A stretch of DNA of 64,000 nucleotides, taken from assembly GCA_965116885.1 (NCBI GenBank), contig OZ220741.1, forward strand, positions 1,440,001 to 1,504,000. The letters are read 5' to 3'. The notes under the pieces are model-generated. The model was not told where the DNA came from and ran no database searches. It worked only from the letters and a program-made list of their open reading frames with translations. Made by a program: the position numbers and the translations under genes. Below, in pieces: positions 51,556 to 62,959 of the stretch. Within the stretch, counting starts at the first letter, position 1; each line of letters starts with the position of its first letter. Source of the stretch: Candidatus Latescibacterota bacterium (lineage in GTDB: Bacteria; Latescibacterota; UBA2968).

Positions 51556-52672
51556 ACGCGATTGATCCGTCCTCTCGTCTGGGTGTATTGACTTTGGTCA
51601 AGGGGGCAAAGGGCGTGTCGGGAATTTTGGTGTCGTCGAGTTCAACGCCAAGGCCAGGTGCTTCGGGAAGGGGGATATAACCGCCTTCGCGTTTGTGCGC
51701 GCATTTGTACACGGCGTTGCGTTCGCTTTCGTCGTTTTTGGAGTATTCCTGTGTGATGAAGTTGGGGATGCTGGCGTCGAGGTGAAGGGATGCGGCTGTG
51801 CCCAGGGGACTGAGAAAGTTGTGGGTGACGACCGCGCAGTGATAGGATTCGGCAATGGCGGCAATTTTTTTGCAGTGGGTCAGGCCACCTGCCAGGGCGA
51901 TGTCTGGACGAACGTATTGGGGTCCGCCGTGTTCGAGGAGTTCGCGAAATTCCCATATTGAGGTGAAGCGCTCGCCATTGCCCAGGGGTACGGGGATGCG
52001 TTTGGCGATTTCTGCCTGGGTGGTGATGGTGTCTATCTGGATGGGGTCTTCCATGAAGTAGAGGTGATAGGGAATGAGGGCTTCGCCCAGGGCTACGGCG
52101 ACCATTGGGGTGAGTTTGCGGTGGACTTCGACGATGAGATCCACATCGGGTCCGGCACCTTCTCGGGCAGCGGCGACGATTTCGACGGCGTTTTGTATGA
52201 TGCGCGATTGCGCCTGGTTCTGGTACCCGCCTGTGATGGGGTCGAATTTGATGGCGGTGAAGCCTTCGGCAACCGCGGCTTTTGCGTTTTTATACATTTG
52301 TTCGGGTGTGGGACCGCCCGCGAGGAGGTGCAGGCGAATTTTGTCGCGGCAGTTGCCACCGAGGAGTTCCCAGACCGGGACTTGAAAGTGTTTGCCTTTG
52401 ATGTCGTATAGGGCGATGTCCATTGCGCTGACTGCGCCGCAAAGCGCGGTGCCGCGAAAGGGTGCCATGCGGTAGAGGTGCTGCCAGTGGTGCTCAATGC
52501 GCATGGGGTTTTGTCCAATGAGGTATTCTTTGAAGACTCTGGCGATGGCTCGAATGGCTTCGGGATAGCCCCAGCAGGCAGAGGTTCCAATGCCGGAGAT
52601 GCCGGTGTCGGTGGTGAGGCGGACGACGTAGCTGTTGCCGAGCAGGAAGTGTTCGACCTGGTCGATTTTCAT
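51545..52672 (-). CDS. Mandelate racemase/galactonate dehydratase-like enolase-superfamily enzyme
   Basis: SAMDIALYDIKGK, EDP, GER, RPD, HN, PGLGVE. Confidence 0.9.
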   Translation of the reverse strand: MKIDQVEHFLLGNSYVVRLTTDTGISGIGTSACWGYPEAIRAIARVFKEYLIGQNPMRIEHHWQHLYRMAPFRGTALCGAVSAMDIALYDIKGKHFQVPVWELLGGNCRDKIRLHLLAGGPTPEQMYKNAKAAVAEGFTAIKFDPITGGYQNQAQSRIIQNAVEIVAAAREGAGPDVDLIVEVHRKLTPMVAVALGEALIPYHLYFMEDPIQIDTITTQAEIAKRIPVPLGNGERFTSIWEFRELLEHGGPQYVRPDIALAGGLTHCKKIAAIAESYHCAVVTHNFLSPLGTAASLHLDASIPNFITQEYSKNDESERNAVYKCAHKREGGYIPLPEAPGLGVELDDTKIPDTPFAPLTKVNTPRREDGSIAYAV

Positions 52673-52767
52673 ATTCTACTCCTTGTATTCAGGTATGGAA
52701 TTGAACGCAATCTGGGTTATATTAACCGATGAGACGATAATGGGCAATAGAATACGAGGAGGGTGAG

Positions 52768-53526
52768 ATGTCGAATTTGCGTTTTGCAGCGGAAAAGGAA
52801 CGGCGGGTTGCGCTTGTTACAGGGGGGGCGCGAGGTATTGGTGGGGCAACGGCGGTTCGGATTGCGGAGGAAGGGCGGGATGTTGTGATTGCCGATGTTC
52901 TGGCAAGAGAGGGGGCGGAGACGGTTGAAAAGATTGAGACATTGGGACAGGAGGCGTTGTTTGTGGAGACTGATGTGACGGATGAGTCCGCTGTTCAGGC
53001 GTGTGTGGCACAAGCGGTTGCGCGTTTTGGGAGATTGGATATTCTGGTGTGTTGTGCCGGTATTTTGGGCTGGGAGAAGCCGTTTTTTGAGCAGCCCGTG
53101 GCGCAGTTTGATAAGGTGATGCGTATCAATGTGTACGGGGTTTATCATTTTCACCAGGCGGCAATTCCCCATATGCTGGAAGGGGGTTGGGGGCGCTGTG
53201 TGACGATTACTTCGGGTGCGCGAAATGGCAGTCCAAATCAGGTGCCGTATTCGGTGTCGAAGGGGGCTGTGTATTCATTTATCGGCGCGCTGGGCAATGC
53301 GTATTGCAAAGAGGGGGTGTTTGTCAATGGCGTGGAGCCGGGGCGGGCGTTGACGGATATGGTGGTACCGAGATTTTCGCCTGAGTATATTGCCAGTCCC
53401 CCAGGGCAGGCGATGGGGCGGTATTCGGATCCGGAAGAGGTGGCCGAGGTGATTGAGTTTTTGTGTTCTGAACGCAATACTTATACGTCGGGCTCGGTGT
53501 GGAGTGTGAAGGGGGGGAGAGGGTAA
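52768..53526 (+). CDS. Short-chain dehydrogenase/reductase
   Basis: TGGARGIG, YSVSK. Confidence 0.93.
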   Translation: MSNLRFAAEKERRVALVTGGARGIGGATAVRIAEEGRDVVIADVLAREGAETVEKIETLGQEALFVETDVTDESAVQACVAQAVARFGRLDILVCCAGILGWEKPFFEQPVAQFDKVMRINVYGVYHFHQAAIPHMLEGGWGRCVTITSGARNGSPNQVPYSVSKGAVYSFIGALGNAYCKEGVFVNGVEPGRALTDMVVPRFSPEYIASPPGQAMGRYSDPEEVAEVIEFLCSERNTYTSGSVWSVKGGRG

Positions 53527-53529
53527 GGG

Positions 53530-54801
53530 TCAGGTTACAGAAGCGTACCATTCGTTGAGGCGGGTGAGGAGGTCGTTTGTCAGGTCGGGTTCGTCGCCCG
53601 CGATGTTGGTGGTTTCGTTGGGGTCGGTGTTGAGGTTGGAGAGGTGTATTTCGTTTTGGTCGAGGAGGAGTTTGTAGCGGTCGCGTTGTATCACACGGGT
53701 GTTGCCTTTGGGTCCTTGCGTCCAGAAGAGGTCGCCGTGCGGTGAGGGGGCATTGTCGGCGATCATGGAGAGAATGTCCGTGCCGTCGAGGTTGTATTGT
53801 TCGGGGTCGCCACCTGCGGCGGTGAGGATGGTGGGGAAGATGTCCATGCCGATGCCGATTTCGTCGATGGTTTTTCCGCCCTGTACGCACGCGGGCCAAC
53901 TCATGAGGGTGGGGACGCGAATGCCGCCTTCCCAGAGGGTGCCTTTGTGTCCGCGCAGGCCCCCTGTGTCGCCGCCGGGATAGGGGAGGTCTGTGCCGTC
54001 GGTCCAGTTGCGCGGTTCGCGCGAGGGTCCGTGATCGGGTTGAAAGAAGATACAGGTGTTGTCAAAGAGGTCCAGTCGCTCGAGTTCGTCGAGGATTTTG
54101 CCGATGGCGTCGTCCATGACGGTGAGCATGGCGGTCATGAGTTGTCGCGAGCGAGATAGATGTGCATAGCGTTCCATGTATTCTTCTGGCGCGTGCAGGG
54201 GATAGTGTGGGGTGTTGAATGGGATGTACATGAAGAAGGGTCGTCCATCGTTTTTGGCTTTTTGGATGTATTCAATGGCTTTGTCGCGCATGAGATCGAC
54301 GAAATAGGTGCCGTTGCGATATATTTCTCGGCCGTCTTCCCAGAGGTCGTGCCGCGCCTGGTTTTTCGAGGATAGTGCCCAGTAGAAGATGTGCGAGTAG
54401 TAGTCGATACAGCCGTTGGTGAAGCCAAACCAGTGGTCAAAGCCGTGGTTGTGCGGCAAGAAGGGTTCGCGGTTGCCCAGGTGCCATTTGCCCGACATAT
54501 AAGTTTGATAGCCCAGTTTTTTGAGTGCTTTGGGTATGGTGGGCAAGTCCGGTGACAGGCCATCGGCATCTACGCCTACGTTGCCGGGAATGCCCGCGGC
54601 AATGGGATAGCGTCCGGTGAGTATGCCGCAGCGCCCGGCGGAGCAGATCGGGGCATTGGAATACCAGCGGGTGAGTTTGGCACCCCGAGATGCGATGCGG
54701 TCAAAGTTGGGGGTTTGGAAGTCGGTCGCGCCCATGCAAGAGAGGTCGCGGTGTCCCTGATCGTCACTCATGAATACGATGAAGTTGGGTTTGTCAGACA
54801 T
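53530..54801 (-). CDS. Sulfatase (arylsulfatase-like)
   Basis: PNFIVFMSDD, CSAGR..LTGR, GKWHLG, PH.P, DHG, GHKG..WEGG. Confidence 0.93.
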   Translation of the reverse strand: MSDKPNFIVFMSDDQGHRDLSCMGATDFQTPNFDRIASRGAKLTRWYSNAPICSAGRCGILTGRYPIAAGIPGNVGVDADGLSPDLPTIPKALKKLGYQTYMSGKWHLGNREPFLPHNHGFDHWFGFTNGCIDYYSHIFYWALSSKNQARHDLWEDGREIYRNGTYFVDLMRDKAIEYIQKAKNDGRPFFMYIPFNTPHYPLHAPEEYMERYAHLSRSRQLMTAMLTVMDDAIGKILDELERLDLFDNTCIFFQPDHGPSREPRNWTDGTDLPYPGGDTGGLRGHKGTLWEGGIRVPTLMSWPACVQGGKTIDEIGIGMDIFPTILTAAGGDPEQYNLDGTDILSMIADNAPSPHGDLFWTQGPKGNTRVIQRDRYKLLLDQNEIHLSNLNTDPNETTNIAGDEPDLTNDLLTRLNEWYASVT

Positions 54802-54812
54802 GGAGGTTCCTT

Positions 54813-55811
54813 TTAAGACGTTTGAGTTTCTCGAAATCGCTTTGCGATCTGTTCGGGCGAGGCTGTGCCGGTTGTGCCGATTTGTTGTATGGTGATGGAT
54901 GAGGCCAATACGCCTATTTGAGCGGCGTCGGATAGTGATGCGCCAGCACAAAGGGCGGAGACCACAGATGCCGAGACGCTGTCGCCTGCGCCAACTATAT
55001 CAATGGGGGGTGGAACTTTTATACCGGGAATATGCGTGAGATTTTCGTTGTTGGCAACGAGAATGCCGTCGGGTCCAAGGGTGATGAAGACGGGTTTACC
55101 GGTGCGTTGGGAAAAGATGCGGGCACATTGGTTGAGGTCGCGTTCTCCCATGGCGTGAATGGCTTCGTCGCGGTTGGCTTTGAGTATGACGTTTTTGAAG
55201 TTGGTGATGCGGGTGCGGGAGTCGGCAAAGCAGATGGTGCTGGGATGGGGTTTGGAGAGGCTTGCGAGTTCGGCGATGACGCGATCTGTGAGTACGCCGC
55301 AGTTGGGTTCCTGTACCTGGTCGAGGGCTATGACGCCATCTACCTGGGGGAGGAGATGGCGCAGGGTTTTGATGAGTTGATTTTCGAGGTCGAGGGGTAA
55401 TGGCGTTCGATTTTTTATGTCCAGGCGTTCCATTTCAGCGCCGGTTTTTTTGTTTACGGGTTTGGTATAAGTCGGGGTGAAGCGGTCGGGTGTTTCGATG
55501 AGGTGGGTGATATCTACACCCGTGGCGCGCAGTCCCTGTTTGAGGTCATAGCCCTGACCGTCGCGACCGATTACGCTCAGGGCATAGATATGTCCAATGC
55601 CGAGGGCGCTGAGGTTGGAGGTGATGGTGCCAGCTGCGCCGGGCTGGTTGCGAATGGCGATTATTTGGCGCGCTTCAAGGCCGGTTTCGATGGATGTTTC
55701 GGCGAGGTCGGGGTCCGTGATGAGATAGCGGTCCAGGAAGTAGTCGCCGATGACCAGGATGGCGCGGTTGCGGAATTTGGAGAGGATGTGGTTCAGGGTT
55801 TTGAGGGTCAT
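54813..55811 (-). CDS. PfkB-family kinase (HldE/RfaE domain I-like)
   Basis: VIGDYFLDRY, PGAAG, DIVGAGD. Confidence 0.88.
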   Translation of the reverse strand: MTLKTLNHILSKFRNRAILVIGDYFLDRYLITDPDLAETSIETGLEARQIIAIRNQPGAAGTITSNLSALGIGHIYALSVIGRDGQGYDLKQGLRATGVDITHLIETPDRFTPTYTKPVNKKTGAEMERLDIKNRTPLPLDLENQLIKTLRHLLPQVDGVIALDQVQEPNCGVLTDRVIAELASLSKPHPSTICFADSRTRITNFKNVILKANRDEAIHAMGERDLNQCARIFSQRTGKPVFITLGPDGILVANNENLTHIPGIKVPPPIDIVGAGDSVSASVVSALCAGASLSDAAQIGVLASSITIQQIGTTGTASPEQIAKRFRETQTS

Positions 55812-55817
55812 TAAATC

Positions 55818-58800
55818 TTACTTCATATCGTGGTGTAGTCTGAAATAGGCGTGGTGACCGTATGTATCGAGGCTGCCTTCAAGGCGGAGGATGATGTGTT
55901 GCGTGTGCATGCCCGCGCGAACCCGCAGGGCAAGATCCTGGTTGTGTTGCATGCCCTCGACTGCGAGACCGAACAACGAACCTCTGTGCAGGCCGACGCC
56001 GATCCGTTTGTGCCTGTCTTGTAGTCCGACAAATGGGGTTGCAACTAATTTATCGCTCAGCGGCACGCCATAAGCTACTTCGGTGGATACGCGGTTAGAT
56101 GCATAGACTTCCGAGTTGCGACCAGATGCGATGTCGCTCATGTCGGGTCTCGACCACAGGGCACGCGCGCTGCCAGATGCGTTGCCCCATGTTGGCGATA
56201 TCCGAAGCGATAGCCCCTCGCCTGACGGATTTGGAGACAGGCGGATTGTGCCCGATCCGCCCCATTCTTCATAACTGCTTTCCCGGTGTGCTATGAGGCC
56301 GCGCACCCGACCTTCAATCATCAGGCCCAGCGAGGTCAGTGTATAGCGCATCCCGGCACCAATTTCTATCCCCATGCCCGTGTCTGCATCGCCGCCATCA
56401 TACCGCATTCCCACCTCGGCCAATGGTTGCAGTGATCCCCCGGCGACCCAGAGTACGTGTGATCCCTCTAATAATACGCGTACGCGGCTCGCTGTGCCCT
56501 TGTTTTCCAGCAAATCCCTCAGATCATCCGCATTCGCACGCGATAGCATCATATCAGACGCCAGTGATAATGAGAATCCGTCATGATAGGTCGATCCGAT
56601 TAAGTCGGTGCGGGTACCAATGGCTCCCATGACCATGTTTGCGTCTGTCTCTAATTGCTTGATGCCCTCGAGCGATAGGGGCAGGTCGCCTCCTCCATAG
56701 CCCAGCATTCCCCATACGGAGAATCGGTTTGTCAGTGCGAGGCGCGCCCAGGGGTAAATACCTGTCAGCGTTGTCTCTACTGACCATTCGTCACGGGTAT
56801 TGGCGATGGTGCCCAGTATGCCATCGCCCATGGTGTAGGATAGGACAAGTCCGCCCTGGAAATTGTTATCTCCGTAGTCGATGCCCAGCATGACCGATGT
56901 TACGTCGCCTTCTACTGTCTGATCGTCGTCGGTGCCGCTAAAGCGCGTTGTTGCGCCCCGGCCCCACACTGCCCATCGAGGTTCGCTATACGGTCCCATT
57001 GTGCCAGACAGGGCAAATGATGTACTCGATATGATTTGCTTCAATATCTCTTTGTTTTGATCGCTCTGCGCGGCCTCAATGCTAAATCTCATTGGGGATT
57101 CGCCCGGCCTCAATGCCGAATTAAAAAATAGTCCGTTGTAATTCATTTGATCCAGATTGTATCCGCCAATCACCACATGGTTGGTGCCCACGTGCCCCCT
57201 CACGCGTTCGCGTACTGTTTCGATTACGTGATTCGATGCTGTTCGCCCAAATCGCGCCAGCCATCCGTCTAATTTTACCACGCGGGGTTCCTCTGGTGTA
57301 ATAACTGCTGTCCAAACGCTTTCCAGTTCTTCGGCATAGCCCAGGTCGTCGGTGAAGTTCACCCGGACTTTTAGCTGGCGATCAACATCGGTTATTGTGA
57401 CTACGTATGTCACATCTGTGGCGCCGATGATTTCGGTTTCAGCACTGCCTACCAGACGGATCCACTGATAGATGTATGATACATTGGTGAGGCCATTGGC
57501 ATCCTGGATGTTCGAGATGTCCGCGGTTAGTGTTTGACCTACTTGCGGTGTGCCGGTGATTGTTGGGGCGCCTGTGGCTGGCGAGTTCGAGGGGATGTCG
57601 TTGTCGTTTACGGTGACGCTCGCCGAGGATGGTGTGCCCAACGTGTAGCCTGTTCCGGCTTGTAGTGCTGCGGTTATTGCGCTGGCTTCTTCATCTGTAT
57701 TGTCGTCGGCTGTTGCGACGGTTAGAGAGGTCTGGTTGGTGCTGATGGTGACGGTTGAGGGCGGTGTGCCGCTGATGACGTTGCCGGTTTCGCTGATGTT
57801 CACATTGACGGTCAGTTCGGCTGTGGATGCAGGGGTCGCTGTGATTGTGAAGGTTGCAGCCGCGCCTTCGGTGATGGGTGTGGTACTTGTTGTGATTGTC
57901 AAGACTGGCACTACTGGGGCAACGACGAGTGCTGTCAAGTCGCTTTCCAATTCTTCGGCGTTGCCCAAATCATCGTTGAAGTTCACCCGGACTTTTATCT
58001 GGGAACCAATGTCGGCTGTTGCGACTTCGTATGTCACACCTGTGGTGCCTGAGATTTCGGTTTCCACACCGCCTATTACGCGGATCCACTGGTAGATATA
58101 GGTGACATTTTTGAGGCCATCGGCATCCTGGATGTTAGAGACATCGGCTGTCAGTGTTTCTCCCACTTCGGGTGTGCCGGTGATTGTTGGGGCGCCTGTG
58201 GCTGGATTGTTGGGGGCAGCGTCGTTGTCGTTGACGTTGACGGTTGCCGAAGATGGATCGCCTACTGTATAGCCTGTGTCTGTTTGTAGTGCTGCGGTTA
58301 TTGCGCTGGCTTCTTCATCTACATTGTCATCTTCTGTTGCGACTGTGAGGGTAGCGGTGGTCTGGTTGGCGTTGATGGTGATGGTTGAGGGTGGTGCGTC
58401 GCTGATGACGTTGCCGGTTTCACTGATGTTCACATTGATGGTCAGTTCGGCTGTGGATGCAGGGGTCGCTGTGATTGTGAAGGTTGCAGCCGCGCCTTCG
58501 GTGATGGGTGTGGTGCTTGCCGAGATGGTCACCTGTGGGACCGGTGCTTCGCGGGTGACTGTGATGGTGTAAGTCACCTGGGTGGTGCCGTCTTCGGCTG
58601 TTACTACTACTGTGATGGTGTTCGTGCCTTCGACAAGTGATACGTCCAATGTGGTCGCGGTCTGCCCGTTGATGGTTGCGGTTGCGTCTGTGTGATTGGG
58701 TATTGCTGTGACTGTTACCGTAGAGGCCGCGTGCGGCACTGTGGCAGTGTAGGTGTGTGTGTCGGGATCGAATGCCGGATTCAGTGTACCGGGGTTGATG

Positions 58801-61800
58801 GTCAGGTTGTTCAGCGTTGCGTCTGTCGATAACACCACTTCGTCGTCCAGCACGAGTACGCTCGCCAGGGATGGATCGCCTATTGTATAGCCTGTTCCGG
58901 CTCGCACTTGTGCGGTTATCACGCTGGCGTGTTCGTCTATATCGTCATCGTGCGTTGCGACTGTCAGCGTTGCGGTGGTTTGGCCAGCGCTGATGGTGAC
59001 GGTTGATGGCGGTGTGCCGCTGAGGGTATTGGCGGTTTCGGTTACGTTCACGTTCACGGTCAGGTCGGTTACCGATTTTGCTGTGATTGTGAAGGTTGCA
59101 GCCGTGCCTTCGGTGACGGGTGTCGTGTTCGCTTTAATGGTCACCTGTGGGAGCCCTGCTGGCGCACGGTTGACTGTGATGGTGTAGGTCAATTGGGTGA
59201 TGCCATCCACGGCTGTTACTGTTACTGCGACGTCCTTCGTGTCACCGGTAAATAGTATGTTCAGTGTGGTGGTGTTCTGGCCGTTGATGGCCACGGTTGC
59301 GTCCGGATTTTTGGGTGTTGCTGTGACTGTTACGGCTGAGGTCGCGTTCGGCACTAATGCGGTGTAGGACAATGTTTCCGGGACGAATGTCGGGGTCATC
59401 ACGCCGGGGGTGATGGTGAGGTTGCTCAGGGTTGCGTCTATCGCGGGCGGCAAGTCGTTATCCAGGACGAGTACTCTGGCTGAGGATGGTGTGCCTACTA
59501 CATAGCCAACTCCGGTTTGTACTTGTGCGGTTACGACACTGGCGTGTTCGTCTGTCTTATCGTTGTCTGTTGCGACTGTCAGTGTGGTTTGACCGGCACT
59601 GATGATGACGGTTGATGGCGGTGTGCCGCTGAGGGTATTGGCGGTTTCGGTTACGTTCACGTTCACGGTGAGTGTGATTGTGGGTGCAGGGGTCGCTGTG
59701 ATCGTGAATGTCGCAGGCGTGCCTTCGGTGACACCTGGGGGGTCCGCTGTGATTGTTATGACCGGCGTTACGCCAGGGATGACTACCATCGCTGTCAATG
59801 CGCTTTCGAGTTCTTCGGGATAGCCCACATCGTCGGTGAAGTTGACCCGAACTTTTAGCTGGTAACCGCTATCGTCTCCTGCGATTTCGTATATCGAATC
59901 CGTGGCTCTGGGGATTTCCATTTCCACACTGTCCATGACGCGGATCCACTGATAGGTGTATGACACGTTGGTGAGGCCGTTGGCATCCCGGATGTTCGAG
60001 ACGTCCGCTGTTAGTGTTTCTCCTAACGCGGGTGTGCCGATGATTATTGGGGCGCCTATGGCTGGATGGTTGGGGGGTGTGTCGTTGTCGTTGACGGTGA
60101 CGGTTGCCGAGGATGGTGTGCCTGCTGTGTAGCCTGTTCCGGCCTGTACCTCCGCGGTTATTTCGCTGGCGTCTTCTCGTACATTATCGTCGTCCGTTGC
60201 GACTGTTAGTATGGCCTGACCAGTGGTGCCGATGGTGATGGTTGCGTCCGGTGTGCCGCTGATGACCTCGCTGTCCTCGCTGACGTTTACACTCACGGTT
60301 ATTGTGGCTGACGGTGCAGGAGATGCTGTGAGTGTAAATGTGGCATCCGTGCCTTCGGTGACGGGCGAGGTTCCTGCCAGGATGGTCACCTGAGGGGTGG
60401 TTATAGGTGGCGGTGGCTGCGGGTTTTGTGGATTTTGTGGGTTCTGCGGGTTTTGCGGGTTTTGCGGGTTTTGTGGGTTTTGTGGGTTTTGCGGGTTTTG
60501 TGGATTTTGCGGATTTTGTGGGTTTTGTGGGTTTTGTGGGTTTTGCGGGTTCAGTGGGTTCTGGCCTCCAGATCCGTCGTTGTCTTGAACGATGACGGTT
60601 GCGATGTCTGGGTCGCCTACTTCATAGCCTGTTCTCTTCAATAGTTCCGCGCTTATCTCGCCATCTTCTTCATCTACTTGATCATCTTCAGTATCGACTG
60701 TTAGTGTAGCGGTGGACTGGTTGGCGTTGAAGTGGACCGTGTGAATGCCCGGTGAGCCTCTGATGAAATCGCCGATCTGGCTGACGCGCACTTCTGCATT
60801 TAGTGGAGCCGTCGGGGCAGGGTTCATTGTGATTCTGAATCTCTTGGTCTGACCTTCGATGATGGTTGGAGGATTCGTGTCAATTGTCCCGATTGGCATT
60901 CCTCCACCCACGACTGCTGTCAACGCGCTGTCCCAATAGCACAGGCCGTTATTTATGGTTACCCGAACTTTTATTCGGTGACCGACATCATCTGTTGATA
61001 ATGTGTATGTGTTACCCGTCTCACCGGAGATGGGATTTGAACCCCGGTACCATTGAATGCCTGTCGCACCGCTGAGGCTATGGGAGACTGTTAATGTTTC
61101 GCCCTCGTCGAGCGTGCCGCTGATTGTTGGGGCTCCTGTTGGTCGCCAGCCTGAGGGAGCATAAACATCTATGGTCACCGAAGATGGATCGCCTACTTTG
61201 TAAGCCGAATCTCCAGTACGTGATGCCTGTGGAATGTTATCTCCATAGTAGTAGGCATCAAAGAGATAGGCTTCAATTTTGCGTCCCGACGTGTGCCCAC
61301 AGGTCTCTTCCTGCACGCGGAAAGAATACGATCTCTCGCCCGGCGCATGTCTGTTTGCCGACTGCGGATGAAGGATTTCCACCATCGGTTCCCAGTCGGT
61401 AATATCCGGCAAGTGTCCGCCCACCCGGAAATCCACCCGATGCCTGTAGTCGTGAGGTGTGGTGCGCTTCATTGTGAGCGTCACTCTGTCGCCTATTGCG
61501 ACCCGCGTTTGGTTTGTGTGAAGTGTTATTACCGGAAGCGGAGCATTTGTCGCTGGCGGATTCTCATTCGCCTCATCGTCAATCACCTGCACGGATGCAT
61601 TATCCTGGTCCTCATCGATCGTGTAGCCATCCCCTTCTTTTATTCGCACGTCTACGTTGCCCCAGTTTTTGTCATCCGGATCCTCTGTGAAATCTCTGGT
61701 TGGTACTGTCAGAGTGTACTGGCCGGAGGTACCGACGGTGATTCTTGTAGGACGCGTGTAGCTGGTGGAGATGGTATTGCCCGTCACTTCTATGTTCACC

Positions 61801-62033
61801 GTCAGGTTGCTGGTTGGGGCTGGTGTCACCGATATGATAAATGTGGCGCTCTTGCCTTCCATGACGCTGGTAGGGCTTGACGTAATTGAAACCTCCTGCG
61901 CATCTGCCGCGATTGGCAGAGCCAGCATGAGCATAAAGAATGTCAGGCGGGTGCGGATGATGTGCGAGAAGATTGGTTCAATTTGTGAGAACATTTTTTC
62001 GGTCCGTAAAAGCTCTCTTGAGGCGTGTTTCAC
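55818..62033 (-). CDS. Large autotransporter adhesin (Calx-beta-like and cadherin-like repeats, NPQ linker, C-terminal beta-barrel)
   Basis: Repeated VTEG.ATFTITA...DD..DE and [10 protein letters not shown]...YQWIR modules; WLARFGRT linker followed by barrel strands. Start is uncertain. Confidence 0.85.
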   Translation of the reverse strand: MKHASRELLRTEKMFSQIEPIFSHIIRTRLTFFMLMLALPIAADAQEVSITSSPTSVMEGKSATFIISVTPAPTSNLTVNIEVTGNTISTSYTRPTRITVGTSGQYTLTVPTRDFTEDPDDKNWGNVDVRIKEGDGYTIDEDQDNASVQVIDDEANENPPATNAPLPVITLHTNQTRVAIGDRVTLTMKRTTPHDYRHRVDFRVGGHLPDITDWEPMVEILHPQSANRHAPGERSYSFRVQEETCGHTSGRKIEAYLFDAYYYGDNIPQASRTGDSAYKVGDPSSVTIDVYAPSGWRPTGAPTISGTLDEGETLTVSHSLSGATGIQWYRGSNPISGETGNTYTLSTDDVGHRIKVRVTINNGLCYWDSALTAVVGGGMPIGTIDTNPPTIIEGQTKRFRITMNPAPTAPLNAEVRVSQIGDFIRGSPGIHTVHFNANQSTATLTVDTEDDQVDEEDGEISAELLKRTGYEVGDPDIATVIVQDNDGSGGQNPLNPQNPQNPQNPQNPQNPQNPQNPQNPQNPQNPQNPQNPQNPQNPQPPPPITTPQVTILAGTSPVTEGTDATFTLTASPAPSATITVSVNVSEDSEVISGTPDATITIGTTGQAILTVATDDDNVREDASEITAEVQAGTGYTAGTPSSATVTVNDNDTPPNHPAIGAPIIIGTPALGETLTADVSNIRDANGLTNVSYTYQWIRVMDSVEMEIPRATDSIYEIAGDDSGYQLKVRVNFTDDVGYPEELESALTAMVVIPGVTPVITITADPPGVTEGTPATFTITATPAPTITLTVNVNVTETANTLSGTPPSTVIISAGQTTLTVATDNDKTDEHASVVTAQVQTGVGYVVGTPSSARVLVLDNDLPPAIDATLSNLTITPGVMTPTFVPETLSYTALVPNATSAVTVTATPKNPDATVAINGQNTTTLNILFTGDTKDVAVTVTAVDGITQLTYTITVNRAPAGLPQVTIKANTTPVTEGTAATFTITAKSVTDLTVNVNVTETANTLSGTPPSTVTISAGQTTATLTVATHDDDIDEHASVITAQVRAGTGYTIGDPSLASVLVLDDEVVLSTDATLNNLTINPGTLNPAFDPDTHTYTATVPHAASTVTVTAIPNHTDATATINGQTATTLDVSLVEGTNTITVVVTAEDGTTQVTYTITVTREAPVPQVTISASTTPITEGAAATFTITATPASTAELTINVNISETGNVISDAPPSTITINANQTTATLTVATEDDNVDEEASAITAALQTDTGYTVGDPSSATVNVNDNDAAPNNPATGAPTITGTPEVGETLTADVSNIQDADGLKNVTYIYQWIRVIGGVETEISGTTGVTYEVATADIGSQIKVRVNFNDDLGNAEELESDLTALVVAPVVPVLTITTSTTPITEGAAATFTITATPASTAELTVNVNISETGNVISGTPPSTVTISTNQTSLTVATADDNTDEEASAITAALQAGTGYTLGTPSSASVTVNDNDIPSNSPATGAPTITGTPQVGQTLTADISNIQDANGLTNVSYIYQWIRLVGSAETEIIGATDVTYVVTITDVDRQLKVRVNFTDDLGYAEELESVWTAVITPEEPRVVKLDGWLARFGRTASNHVIETVRERVRGHVGTNHVVIGGYNLDQMNYNGLFFNSALRPGESPMRFSIEAAQSDQNKEILKQIISSTSFALSGTMGPYSEPRWAVWGRGATTRFSGTDDDQTVEGDVTSVMLGIDYGDNNFQGGLVLSYTMGDGILGTIANTRDEWSVETTLTGIYPWARLALTNRFSVWGMLGYGGGDLPLSLEGIKQLETDANMVMGAIGTRTDLIGSTYHDGFSLSLASDMMLSRANADDLRDLLENKGTASRVRVLLEGSHVLWVAGGSLQPLAEVGMRYDGGDADTGMGIEIGAGMRYTLTSLGLMIEGRVRGLIAHRESSYEEWGGSGTIRLSPNPSGEGLSLRISPTWGNASGSARALWSRPDMSDIASGRNSEVYASNRVSTEVAYGVPLSDKLVATPFVGLQDRHKRIGVGLHRGSLFGLAVEGMQHNQDLALRVRAGMHTQHIILRLEGSLDTYGHHAYFRLHHDMK
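60417..60560 (-). repeat. 9-bp coding tandem repeat encoding NPL(NPQ)15
   Basis: 15 copies of AAY CCR CAR with synonymous variation, preceded by NPL. Confidence 0.95.
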
Positions 62034-62437
62034 GACTCTTCATCGCGGTCCAGATCAATGGCTACAGAGTTGATGCAATAGCGCAGGCCCGTGGGGGCGG
62101 GGCCGTCGTCGAAGATGTGGCCCAGGTGAGCATCGCAGCGGGCGCAGGTGACTTCGATGCGGCGCATGCCAAAGCTCAGGTCTTCGTGCTGGTTGATGCG
62201 TTCGGGGTCAATGGCGTCAAAAAAGCTGGGCCATCCGCAGTGGGAATCGAATTTTTGGTCTGAGCGGAAGAGTTCGGCATTGCAGCATACACAGCGATAT
62301 ACGCCTTCTTCACGGCAGTCCCAGTACATGCCGGTGAAGGCGCGTTCCGTGCCTTTTTGACGGCAGACGTAGTATTGTTCGGGCGTGAGTTGTTCCCGCC
62401 ATTCTCGGTCTGTTTTGGTGATTTTTTCGTCGTTCAT
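62030..62437 (-). CDS. msrB: Peptide-methionine (R)-S-oxide reductase
   Basis: GTERAF, CxxC, GWPSF, HLGHIF.DGP, RYCINS. Confidence 0.97.
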   Translation of the reverse strand: MNDEKITKTDREWREQLTPEQYYVCRQKGTERAFTGMYWDCREEGVYRCVCCNAELFRSDQKFDSHCGWPSFFDAIDPERINQHEDLSFGMRRIEVTCARCDAHLGHIFDDGPAPTGLRYCINSVAIDLDRDEES

Positions 62438-62449
62438 GTAGATCCTTTT

Positions 62450-62959
62450 TTATTTACTAATTCTTTTTAAGATGCGTTCGATAGCGCCATCGGCGAGTGC
62501 CTGCATTTCTTCGTCGGTGCGATCCTGGATGGGATGGGCGACAAAGACGCGAGCGGGATTAAATCCCAGGGCGGTCGATTGGGCATCGGCTGCTTCGCGG
62601 AACGGCTCGGATGCGACAAAGACGGTGGGTATGCCGCGCGCTTCCAGGTTGGTCGTGTCGTGCACACTGCACGTTGTGCAAGACCCTCAATCGGCCAGGC
62701 CCTCGACGACGATATCGCATTCAGTGGCAATTTGTTGCTGGAGTTCGATGGGGGCCGGGCGCGTGAATGTGGGTTTGATGTAGCGGTTGACTTTGAGGTT
62801 GCGCTGCGCGAGGTGCGTTTCGATGCGGTCGAGGAATACGTCGCCCCGGCTTTTTGATATGTCGAGGAGCCCAATGGTCAGTCCGTCGAGTGATTGCGGG
62901 CGTTTTACGCGTTCTCTTTGTGCTGGTTTTTGCTCGGATGTGGGGTCGAGTATTTTCAT
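62450..62959 (-). CDS. UGSC-motif selenoprotein (169 aa, Sec91)
   Basis: In-frame TGA at 62687-62689 reads LAD-U-GSCTTCSVHD and joins two ORF-track fragments; ATGA overlap with the upstream gene. Confidence 0.88.

Noticed and set aside
60417..60560. Possible CRISPR array
   Set aside because: Contiguous 9-bp coding repeat without spacers; no cas genes in the window.
60397..60644. Plus-strand ORFs with (CGF)n, (VGF)n or (WVL)n repeats that look like Cys-rich peptides
   Set aside because: They are antisense shadows of the (NPQ)15 repeat in the autotransporter.
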